Origin: Macrostomum lignano
Taxonomy: Eukaryota
Length of the DNA stretch: 64,000 bases
NCBI GenBank assembly: GCA_002269645.1
Contig: NIVC01000827.1
Coordinates: forward strand, 269,233 to 333,232
Direction: 5' to 3'
Part shown: positions 39,601-50,965 of the stretch, in pieces
Position numbering within the stretch: position 1 is the stretch's first letter
Layout: each line of letters starts with the position of its first letter
Made by a program: the position numbers and the translations under genes
Notes under the pieces: generated by a model
Told to the model about the DNA's origin: nothing
What the model saw: the letters and a program-made list of their open reading frames with translations, nothing else
The model's database searches: none

Positions 39601-42600
39601 TAGGCGGCTCCGAGAGCTCCCTGCCGCCTCAGTTTAGAAGTGAGTATCAGCGCCATGACTCACAATGGCGACATTTCTGACACACTAGCATGCAATTCAT
39701 CAAGAAGTTTGACTGTTTCAGAGAAGAACAAGAAGAGGATGATTGTAGGCGGCTCCGAGAGCTCCCTGCCGCCTCAATTCAGAAGTGAGTATCAGCGCCA
39801 TGACTAACAATGGCGACATTTCTGACACACTTTAGCATGAAATTGATCAACAAGTTTGACTGTTTCAGAGAAGAACAAGAAGAGGATGATTGTAGGCGGC
39901 TCCGAGAGCTCCCTACCGCCTCAGTTCAGAAGTGAGTATTAGCGCCATGACTCACAATGGCGACATTTCTGACACACTTTAGCATGAAATTGATCAAGAA
40001 GTTTGACTGTTTCAGAGAAGAACAAGAAGAGGATGATTGTAGGCGGCTCCGAGAGCTCCCTGCCGCCTCAGTTTAGAAGTGAGTATCAGCGCCATGACTC
40101 ACAATTGCGACATTTCTGACACACTTTAGCATGAAATTGATCAAGAAGTTTGACTGTTTCAGAGAAGAACAAGAAGAGGATGATTGTAGGCGGCTCCGAG
40201 AGCTCCCTGCCGCCTCAGTTTAGAAGTGAGTATCAGCGCCATGACTCACAATGGCGACATTTCTGACACACTAGCATGCAATTCATCAACAAGTTTGACT
40301 GTTTCAGAGAAGAACAAGAAGAGGATGATTGTAGGCGGCTCCGAGAGCTCCCTGCCGCCTCAGTTTAGAAGTGAGTATCAGCGCCATGACTCACAATGGC
40401 GACATTTCTGACACACTAGCATGCAATTCATCAAGAAGTTTGACTGTTTCAGAGAAGAACAAGAAGAGGATGATTGTAGGCGGCTCCGAGAGCTCCCTGC
40501 CGCCTCAGTTTAGAAGTGAGTATCAGCGCCATGACTCACAATGGCGACATTTCTGACACACTAGCATGCAATTCATCAACAAGTTTGACTGTTTCAGAGA
40601 AGAACAAGAAGAGGATGATTGTAGGCGGCTCCGAGAGCTCCCTGCCGCCTCAGTTTAGAAGTGAGTATCAGCGCCATGACTCACAATGGCGACATTTCTG
40701 ACACACTAGCATGCAATTCATCAAGAAGTTTGACTGTTTCAGAGAAGAACAAGAAGAGGATGATTGTAGGCGGCTCCGAGAGCTCCCTGCCGCCTCAATT
40801 CAGAAGTGAGTATCAGCGCCATGACTAACAATGGCGACATTTCTGACACACTTTAGCATGAAATTGATCAACAAGTTTGACTGTTTCAGAGAAGAACAAG
40901 AAGAGGATGATTGTAGGCGGCTCCGAGAGCTCCCTACCGCCTCAGTTCAGAAGTGAGTATTAGCGCCATGACTCACAATGGCGACATTTCTGACACACTT
41001 TAGCATGAAATTGATCAAGAAGTTTGACTGTTTCAGAGAAGAACAAGAAGAGGATGATTGTAGGCGGCTCCGAGAGCTCCCTGCCGCCTCAGTTTAGAAG
41101 TGAGTATCAGCGCCATGACTCACAATTGCGACATTTCTGACACACTTTAGCATGAAATTGATCAAGAAGTTTGACTGTTTCAGAGAAGAACAAGAAGAGG
41201 ATGATTGTAGGCGGCTCCGAGAGCTCCCTGCCGCCTCAGTTTAGAAGTGAGTATCAGCGCCATGACTCACAATGGCGACATTTCTGACACACTAGCATGC
41301 AATTCATCAACAAGTTTGACTGTTTCAGAGAAGAACAAGAAGAGGATGATTGTAGGCGGCTCCGAGAGCTCCCTGCCGCCTCAGTTTAGAAGTGAGTATC
41401 AGCGCCATGACTCACAATGGCGACATTTCTGACACACTAGCATGCAATTCATCAAGAAGTTTGACTGTTTCAGAGAAGAACAAGAAGAGGATGATTGTAG
41501 GCGGCTCCGAGAGCTCCCTGCCGCCTCAGTTTAGAAGTGAGTATCAGCGCCATGACTCACAATGGCGACATTTCTGACACACTAGCATGCAATTCATCAA
41601 CAAGTTTGACTGTTTCAGAGAAGAACAAGAAGAGGATGATTGTAGGCGGCTCCGAGAGCTCCCTGCCGCCTCAGTTTAGAAGTGAGTATCAGCGCCATGA
41701 CTCACAATGGCGACATTTCTGACACACTAGCATGCAATTCATCAACAAGTTTGACTGTTTCAGAGAAGAACAAGAAGAGGATGATTGTAGGCGGCTCCGA
41801 GAGCTCCCTACCGCCTCAGTTCAGAAGTGAGTATCAGCGCCATGACTCACAATGGCGACATTTCTGACACACTAGCATGCAATTCATCAAGAAGTTTGAC
41901 TGTTTCAGAGAAGAACAAGAAGAGGATGATTGTAGGCGGCTCCGAGAGCTCCCTGCCGCCTCAGTTTAGAAGTGAGTATCAGCGCCATGACTCACAATGG
42001 CGACATTTCTGACACACTAGCATGAAATTGATCAAGAAGTTTGACTGTTTCAGAGAAGAACAAGAAGAGGATGATTGTAGGCGGCTCCGAGAGCTCCCTG
42101 CCGCCTCAATTCAGAAGTGAGTATCAGCGCCATGACTAACAATGGCGACATTTCTGACACACTTTAGCATGAAATTGATCAAGAAGTTTGACTGTTTCAG
42201 AGAAGAACAAGAAGAGGATGATTGTAGGCGGCTCTGAGAGCTCCCTGCCGCCTCAATTCAGAAGTGAGTATCAGCGCCATGACTCACAATGGCGACATTT
42301 CTGACACACTAGCATGCAATTCATCAAGAAGTTTGACTGTTTCAGAGAAGAACAAGAAGAGGATGATTGTAGGCGGCTCCGAGAGCTCCCTACCGCCTCA
42401 GTTCAGAAGTGAGTATCAGCGCCATGACTCACAATGGCGACATTTCTGACACACTTTAGCATGAAATTGATCAAGAAGTTTGACTGTTTCAGAGAAGAAC
42501 AAGAAGAGGATGATTGTAGGCGGCTCCGAGAGCTCCCTACCGCCTCAGTTTAGAAGTGAGTATCAGCGCCATGACTCACAATGGCGACATTTCTGACACA

Positions 42601-45600
42601 CTTTAGCATGCAATTGTTCAAGAAGTTTGACTGTTTCAGAGAAGAACAAGAAGAGGATGATTGTAGGCGGCTCCGAGAGCTCCCTGCCGCCTCAGTTCAG
42701 AAGTGAGTATCAGCGCCATGACTCACAATGGCGACATTTCTGACACACTTTAGCATGCAATTCATCAAGAAGTTTGGCTGTTTCAGAGAAGAACAAGAAG
42801 AGGATGATTGTAGGCGGCTCCGAGAGCTCCCTACCGCCTCAGTTTAGAAGTGAGTATCAGCGCCATGACTTCTAAGCGTTTAAGAGTTACGCACGTTTTT
42901 AGCACACTGGACAGGGATTAAGGTAGTAGGCAGTAGCCAGGTGAGTGCGAAAAAAACTGGGAATCGACAAAAAGGACGCCGTAATCCCAGATGATGTCGA
43001 AGAAAAAAGGCAATATAATTCGTGAAACAAAATATGAAGCAAGGAGCGCTGATAGAGATTCAGTCGTCGAAGCTTGAGGCAGAAGTTTTGCCTTGACCTT
43101 ACATCTCGAGACTCTGTTGTGCTCCAAAAAGTTTTCTTTGGTTTCTTGAACGGTGCATGAAGCGATTGACTGGGTGAATTGCCATTTTCTGCAATTCATG
43201 CAGCAGTAAACCCTTAAGAGCGTTGAGGACATTTTTATTGATGATGGATCCGTGGTACGTGCGTTTATCTGCTTGAAAACTGGAAAAAGTGATGTATTTT
43301 AGCATCAGTCTCACTTTAAGCAGTCCAAAACAGTAGCCTAAGTTAGTGACTCAAGAAAGGACTCAAGATGGAACTCAGGACTCAAGGAAGGCAAGGCAAG
43401 ACTCTCTAAGACAATGTCGAGAACCCCTGGGAGTGGTGGTAGTTCCACAAATTCAACCTGGATGAGATGTCTGGGGGCTTCTTGTCCACTCGTCCGATCA
43501 GTGATTGATTGGCCTTCGGTCTGGTCCGGAGCTTCACTTCGGGCTCCTTTATGTCGATGAAGTTGACATCCTTTATGATACCATAGCTCGAGAGTCATTA
43601 TGAATCGATCAGCTGATCAATACTGCAGGTTCTGTGTCAGAAGAGGAGCGATCCAGCAAACGCTTCCCTTTGTCCGGATACGCAAAGGCCTCCAAGACTC
43701 CCGGGTCCAGAGGTGACAAGGACAAAGAGTTTAAAAGTGCGTCATAATTTGTCATACCCTGATAATTATTGTAGGACAGAATTTTCGTAGTTGAAAAAAC
43801 TCTGAAGAAAAATTCGAAAAAATCGATAAGCGATTTGGAATCAAAGTGACGGGCACCGGGAGCTCCCGACCGCCCCAGAATGGAAGTGAGTTGCGGTGGT
43901 CAATCTGTCAATCAAAGAAGACATTTCCAGTATCCTTAGGTCTTCAACTGCTCTGCCTCGTACTCCAGTTGATTTAAGATTCGAGTCGAACATTCGGCAG
44001 TTTAACCATTGTTAACTTTCCAAAACCATTGGAAAAGTCTGGCTTGGACGTTAGGAAACAGAAAGTTTTACTGTTTCTTTTAGCGACCCTCGAAAGGAAG
44101 GCAAGAATTTATACCGTGGACGACATAAATACCTGCATAAACGTGGGTCCACAAACACCCAGGGTGCGCAGATGTCCTCAGACAGCGAAAAATGTGGTGG
44201 CCGCTTGCACAATCGAATTCAGGGTCCTTAGTCCAAGTCTCAGGTGCTTCGTCTCTTCTAAAACAACCCAAAAAATTAAAATGCATTCAACTTTTCCAAG
44301 TGCACCCAGCTGACACTGAAACAAATGCAACTAAAACACTGCTACGCTTTAGAGAAGAACAAGAAGATCTCCAAGGCTCCTCAGGTGATCGTGGGCGGCT
44401 CTGAGAGCTCCCTGCCGCCTCAGTTTAGAAGTGAGATCCCTTTAATACTGCATCAGTTGTTATGATTTCAAAGCCAATCAAGAGCATCTGTGAACAAATA
44501 TGAGTCCGTTCATTCACTGCAGAGAAGCACCGCAAAGCCAAGAAGTCAGTTCCGAAGCCAGGCTCCTCGAAGGCCTCACTACCTCCCAAGAAACCCAAGA
44601 AGATTAAGAGTGAGTCTGTTTCTCCATTTTGCCGATTTTAAACCCTTGAATCAAGCAGTGTCTCCTGCGGTTGCAGAAATCGTCAGGCACCTTGGAATCA
44701 AAGCTGCTGAGCGCAAAAGTGAGTCTAAATTCTTCTAATTTTCTTTCGTTTTCCGAAATGATCTCATGTTAGCATGCACAGGCGACGCCCCTTGCGCGTA
44801 TGCGCTTGCAGAGCAGTCGAGAGGGGCAGGCAGCAGCAGCCTGAGGGGTCAGCGCAAGCGCTTGCAAGTCAGCGACGAGGCAATCAGTCAGAGTGACCAA
44901 GCGGGTCTGGCCGCTCCACAGTCGCTCGGTCGGCTGGTGCAGCAGGGCCAGGGCCAGAAGGACGGCCTCACCGCGGCCAAGGGCCCGTAGGCAGTCGCCC
45001 AGCAGCATTTGACGATGCCGGCGCAGGGTAGCGCTCACCAGCGCGGGCCATCAGAGCGTTGGTCGACATGCGCTCCAGATAGTGCACTCCAAGCGCGTAA
45101 CGCAGCAGCGATCGGTAGAGCGCGTCCAGGGCTCGCGCTCGCATCTGCGTCAGCGGCACAGCCTCCATGCCGTACAGAAGGATCGGCTCTACGACCGCGT
45201 GGAACAGGCACACCTTCAGGTCGTCTCTGGCAGCTGAAGTGAAGACGTTCATGAAGAAGGGAGCGCGCGTCGCGCCAGGCCTGGTTCCTCCTGTCGGAGA
45301 CAATGGCACCGGGTTTATCACCAGGGTGTCGAGGTACCGGAAGTCCTCGCACGTCGCGGTGCCGTCTCCTTTGGACAGCGTGAGATTTGGGGCGGTATTT
45401 GGGCCCTCGTGCAGCGCCTCCGTCTTGCGAGAATTCACCAGCAGCCCAAGACGGGCGCCCTCGTCGCCGAGTCTTGTGATAGTGCGCTGGGCAGCGGCTG
45501 GGTCGCGACAGAGCAGCGCGATTTCGTCAGCATATGCGAGAGCGGGAAGCAAAAGGAATCGAAGCAAAACGAGAGGGCGTCTGGACCTTCGGTGTAGAAT

Positions 45601-48600
45601 CAGTAGCTGTCATCCTCGTGGAAGGACTGATGCAGCGCATAAGTCCAAAACTACGAGGAAGCGCAGCAGAACCAGCATGTCGCCCTGAAGGACGCCTGGG
45701 CTGATGCCGAACTCTTCTTCTGGACCGCCGCCGCTTGACATGACAAAGGCACTGGAGTCAGGATAGAGATCTATCACTGCGTACGCGTAGCAGGTACGCC
45801 ATAATGAGATAGGAGCCACGCGATAGCTCTGTGGTGGATCCGCCCGGGCAGAAGCCACTTTGGAGGCTCAGCAGCAGTGGGTCGAGGCCGGGTTGGATGC
45901 CGTTGCGCAGAATTGCGTTCAGCAGCTATCTCGGCTGGTGGAGGCGCCTTTCTTTGAGATGGAGACAATATTGGAGGTCCGACATTGCTGAGGAGCTAAG
46001 GCGGCCTCGTTGCCTCCAAGGCTGCAGTGCTTGTTCAGCAGGCTGGTGATGATCGGGGTGAGCTCAGGCAGCTTCAGGACCCTGGGAGGGATGGCGTCCA
46101 CCCCAGCGGCGGCATCAGCTCGCATGGTCATCAGTGCTCGGCCAACCTCGCCTGCAGTGGTGGGGCCGGTGTCGAAGGCGCCTGATTGGACTGAAGCGAA
46201 GTCTGGGATCGGCAGGAGAGGCACAGTTGAAGCGGGCGCGTTGAGCACCTCGCGGTAGTGGGTGGCCAGCCGGGCCTTCCGGTGCTCGGTGGAATCAGCA
46301 CCGACGATGGTGTCGGGCTTCGGCTTCCTGCCGGTCAGCTGGTTGATGGCCCTTCTGGAAGCGCTATGGCGGCCGTTGTCAGTGGCGAGTTGGGTTTTGC
46401 TCACTGCCACTTCGATGAAGACTTCAGTCGCTGGGCATAGATGCGCTGCAGCTCGTCCGTGGCAGCACTGGCCTGGGCGCTGTCATGGCCGTGGAGGGCA
46501 GCAGTGCTCTCCTTCCCTTGGAGACGATGAGACTGCGGTCCCACAGAGCCTTTGGATGGTTTTCCTGTCTCCGTGGGAGAAGCGCTGCAGCATCCTCGAC
46601 GGCGTGATGGAAAGACTCGAAAGACTCGTTCAAAGAAATTTGGAAGCTTTCTGAGGCGCTTTCGCATGGTGCCATTGACAGCCATCAGATCTCTGGCCTG
46701 GAAAAAACTGGATAGGAAAGGTGAGTTGGCATTGGGGATGCCACAGCTGTTCTTCACCAGGCGGCCGTCGGCTGGAAATTGCGAGTTGAAATCCCCTGCA
46801 CCAAACTGTCGCCGATGTTCTTGAACTGCCAGGATGGAGACGTTGAGGTCAGCGGCCAGCCTTGTCAGCTCCTGCAGTCTCCATGTCTGACTGAGAGCGC
46901 GGGCATTGAAGGTGGCGACCCGAAGCTGGTCTTGAAGATGCGGCCGACTTGTGCCCTTGTTGGCTCTGCTTGTCACTGATCTCAGCAATGTACAGTGTTG
47001 CATTTGACTGAAAACACCAATAATTGTACTCCTTGAGAATAACAAGAAGATCTCCAAGGCTCCTCAGGTGGGCGGCTCCGTGAGCTCCCTGGCGCCTCAG
47101 TTTAGAAGTATAAGATCTGTTTAATACTGCATCAGTTGTTGTGATTTCCAAGCCAATCAAGAGCATCTGTAAACAAATATGAGTCCGGTCATTCACTGCA
47201 GAGAAGAAGCGCAAAGCCAAGAAGTCAGTTCCGAAGCCAGACTCCTCGAAGGCCTCACTACCTCCCAAGAAACCCAAGAAGATTAAGAGTGAGTCTGTTT
47301 CTCCATTTTGCCGATTTTAAACCCTTGAATCAAGCAGTGTCTCCTGTGGTTGCAGAAATCGTCAGGCACCTTGGAATCAAAGCTGCTGGGCAAAGTGAGT
47401 TTAGAGTATTCTAACTACATGTACCTTCGCTGTCACCTTCGATCTCGTAGTAATATTTCTACTTTGTAACAGAGAAGGAATATTGATTAAGGTGTTTGAC
47501 TGTTTCAGAGAATAACAAGAAGATCGCCAAGGCTCCTCAGGTGATCGTGGGCGGCTCCGAGAGCTCCCTGGCGCCTCAGTTCAGAAGTGAGATCCCTTTA
47601 TATTATTATATCAATTTTTTATTTCCAAGCCAATCAAGAGCATCTGGGAACAAATACGAGTATGAGTCCGGTCATTCACTGCAGAGAAGAACCGCAAAGC
47701 CAAGAAGTCAGTTCCGAAGCCAGGCTCCTCGAATGCCTCACTACCTCCCAGGAAACCCAAGAAGAATAAAAGTGAGTCTGTTTTCTGTTTTCGTTGGTGT
47801 CGACGAGAAGCGACGAGACACCCTATGCAGGTCCTTTCCAGGGTCCTTCCCTATGCAGGGCGCCCGACATGAGCCTCGAGTGAAGAGGGGGCCTTCTTAT
47901 AATAAAGTGGCGCCCCTGATGAAAGATTCTGGCTGTGCGCCTTGGCACAAGTCTGACTGCTTCATCATGTTTATTGCCCCTCGATGCATTTTGACCCAAA
48001 GGAGATGTAGCTAGATACTTGAAGTATTAAGAAAAGTTCCAGTGCTGTGTTGATACGAAAGGGAATAATAGTAAATACTTGAGCTAGCTCAATGTAATTT
48101 GGCTATAACTTCTTCATGAAATTACAGAGCAACAAATACTGCTTTCATTTTTGCTGCCTCAACGAACACGGTGCTTTAAGTTGACAAAAACTCTCTCTTT
48201 TATACCCACAATCCTCTGGGATTCCAAGGGAGTGACCTTGGATGGGATTCTCTATGTTTGCATCGGTGTCACGTTAAAAGTTCAGTCTGACGGACAGAGA
48301 ACCGCGCCGACTAAGCTCGGCCGTCCAAGTGACTTTCGGCCTTCTTAATCCCACTAGTGAAAATCGTCATTTTTATCGGTTTTTTATTTTTCAGAAAAGC
48401 AAAAGAAGAGGAAAATTTTATTCAGACACGTTCGCACCGGTGGCGATGAAAGCTCGACTTCAACTGGCTCTGGAAGTGAGTGCATGCCATCTATGCTCGT
48501 ATCCTCCCACATGCGATCACTCTTTTTCGAAAATTTTATTTTTACGAATCGTTCGGTTTTTTAGCACCTCGAAAAGTAAATATTGGGAAGAAGAAAAGAA

Positions 48601-49331
48601 TTCAAAAACACAAGGCCGGCGGAAGTGGCGTCAAAAAGACCGGTGGAAGTGGTGTCAAAAAGACCAGTGGAAGTGGCGTCAAAAAGGTTGGCGGAAGTGG
48701 CGTAAAAAATTCCAGTGGAAGTGGTGCCAAAAAGGCTGGCGGAAGTACCATCAAAAAGGTTGGCGGAAGTGGCGTCAAAAAGGCCGGCGGAAGTGGTGTC
48801 AAAAAGGCTGGCGGAAGTGGCGTCAAAACAGTTGGCGGAAGTGGCGTCAAAAAGACCAGTGGAAGTGGCGTCAAAAAGGTTGGCGGAAGTGGCGTCAAAA
48901 AGGTTGGCGGAAGTGGCGTCAAAAAGGCCGGCGGAAGTGGTGTCAAAAAGGCTGGCGGAAGTGGCGTCAAAACAGTTGGCGGAAGTGGCGTCAAAAAGAC
49001 CAGTGGAAGTGGCGTCAAAAAGGTTGGCGGAAGTGGCGTCAAAAAGGTTGGCGGAAGTGGCGTCAAAAAGGCCGCCGGAAGTGGCGTCAAAAAGGCCGGC
49101 GGAAGTGGCGTCAAAAAGGCCGCCGGAAGTGGCGTCAAAAAGGCCGGCAGAAGTGGCGTCAAAAAGGCCGCCGGAAGTGGCGTCAAAAAGGCCGGCGGAA
49201 GTGCCGTAAAAAATTCCAGTGGAAGTGGCGTCAAAAAGGCCGGTGGAAGTGGCGTCAAAAAGGCCGCCGGAAGTGGCGTTAAACCGGCCCCTCTGAAGGG
49301 ACCCAGCAAGGGAAAGGCGAACCAGCCTTAA
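36658..49331 (+). CDS. Gene A: secreted, highly basic repetitive protein / putative multi-copy peptide precursor (~1400 aa if all exons are used)
   Basis: Exon 36658-36757 encodes a signal peptide (MLLKGRAAAVSSLLLLVLLLVGTRCQA). Then phase-1 exons 36871-36960 (E-rich), 37046-37108, 37187-37243, 37306-37392, 37535-37603, 36 x 63-nt repeat exons (to 42849), 43629-43736, 44353-44430, 44523-44609, 44677-44718, 47202-47288, 47356-47394, 47509-47586, 47685-47771, 48395-48475 and 48565-49331 (stop). Every junction is GT-AG and in frame. AATAAA at 49620. Splicing in 42871-44340 is only partly resolved. Confidence 0.8.
37604..42871 (+). repeat. 145/147-bp exon-intron tandem array A (36 units)
   Basis: Donors GTGAGT at 37604, 37749, ... 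42850 (37 donors). Unit = 82/84-nt intron ending tttgactgtttcAG + 63-nt exon. Confidence 0.97.
44767..46976 (-). mobile_element. Degenerate non-LTR retrotransposon (LINE, RTE-like: AP endonuclease + reverse transcriptase) in an intron of gene A
   Basis: APE motif LRVATFNARAL...ILAVQEHR. RT motifs AAGVDAIPPRVLK, GVLQGD, LAYADEIALL, CEDFRYL and HAVVEPILLYGME, split over several frames. Candidate 8-bp TSD TGATCTCA at 44759-44766 and 46977-46984. Confidence 0.88.
48613..49283 (+). repeat. 24-bp coding minisatellite (~28 x GGSGVKKA-type octapeptide) in the last coding exon of gene A
   Basis: Unit ggcggaagtggcgtcaaaaaggcc. The frame is fixed by the phase-1 acceptor at 48564/48565. Confidence 0.9.
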
Positions 49332-50965
49332 GGTAGGTAGGCCGAAGGCATTACTTCCAAGGGTGTTGAACGCATTGTAAGCTGAGCAATGGCAAGCTGA
49401 TCCAATTCCTAATCTTCTCTTTCAGGTGCCGACTGTCGAAGTCAGAATTGCATTCTGCGAGGCTGATGATCCGAAACATGACCAGACAAAATATATTATT
49501 TTTTCTCGGTCCGGTCAAAGTGAACAAACATTTCCTTTCTCCCCGACAATTCACATCTAGTCGCTTATATTTTGAAAGTGCTGTCATCCTAACTACCATT
49601 ACGATGTTGAGCTGAAGAAAATAAAAGCCAGAATTTAATAATGAATTGTTTTGATTCCTAAACAGGCTGTGGTTATTCAAGCAAGTTTCAAAGAACCTAT
49701 ATGAATTATTTGCGTTATTTTAACTCTGGAAAATACTGAACGATGAAATTTCATAAATGGCAAATATTTGGTGAATCAATACTATGACCGCCAGTCAGTC
49801 AACAGTGGTTCGTATTATTCTAACAAAGCAGCCCCCCATCAGGCGCGTTCTCATTAGTCCCGAAGAAGTACACAAAGCACTTTAATGCAGAGTATTTCAG
49901 AGCACAAAAACGCTCGAAAACAAACAAATTTAATTATTCTAACAAAATCTAAATTATCATTTGTTCAGAAAGAATTAGTTTTTTGTTATTAATAACAAAG
50001 CGTTAAATTAAAAAATTAAATTTATTAAATCATAAACTAGATTTACATATTTCTATGTTGAATACAATCCTCGATTACTTCGGAAAGACAGCTTCTGGTT
50101 GTGAGTTCGTATAGTTCCTTCAAAGTTTAAATTAACAAAGTTGTGTAAATACTGCTAGAAAATGTGTAATTTGTGCTTCTTAACGTTAAAAATATGATAA
50201 ACATTTCACCAGAAGGAAAATTAATATTTCTCTACATGCGCTTTTTGACTCCCCAGATTTCACTTTAGCCGTGTGGAACCCGCCTGAGATGCTGTCTTTG
50301 CCTCATCATCACTCGCTTGACTGGCTGGCAAAGTAGGACTTCAGTGTTGTCGTTGGAAGGTTCTGACATTTTTAAACTCAGAACAAAAACTGAAGCAGCT
50401 AGTAGCAACTTTGGCGTCATTGTGACAGCAGAAGTGACAACGTATATAAAAAGCGATGGTTTATCCTTTGTCTCAACATTCGTGTGAGCATCGTGTAAAT
50501 TGCATCAGAATATCCCAGTGCGTGACAACGATTGACTGTCACGCAATCGTTGTCACGTGCTGCGACCGCTGATTCTTTGCATTGTTATGCTGCTTGACGA
50601 TTGTATTGTTCTGCATAAAAATGTGAATAATGATAGTCAAATTGCTAGACAATGAAAAACGCGCACATTAGGCGCAAAAACAACGCAGTAGTCAGAGACT
50701 GTTCATCAGAAGTTGCTCATTAAAACTGAAACGTGCAATCCTTGAAGTGACAGTTCTCGAATAAGCGAACTGCGCGTTCCGAATGCATCCGACCTGCAGA
50801 TTAATGGACATTGTAAAAATTCAGTTTCTATATAGCCATTAGTATAGCCACTAATTTACTTACAATGTTGACATATTATACTTACCATGCTTCACCCGCA
50901 TCTCCTGTGTCACCTCCACTGAAGCATACATGTAGGTCGCACGGGTCGGTCAGTCGTCGACACTA

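Noticed and set aside
37604-42449. Repeated 61-aa ORFs (MSISAMTHNG...) in the ORF track
   Set aside because: They start at the GTG of the splice donor and read through intron and exon; they are artefacts of the unspliced 145-bp unit. Synonymous variation supports the spliced frame instead.
42871-44340. Transposon insertion interrupting array A
   Set aside because: No TE motifs or termini recognised. The region contains phase-1 exon(s) related to gene A (43629-43736, ~43800-43885).
48329-49309. Alternative frames of the 24-bp repeat (WRQKG, EVASKR, LTPLPPAF)
   Set aside because: Only the GGSGVKK frame fits the phase-1 acceptor at 48564 and the stop position conserved with gene B.
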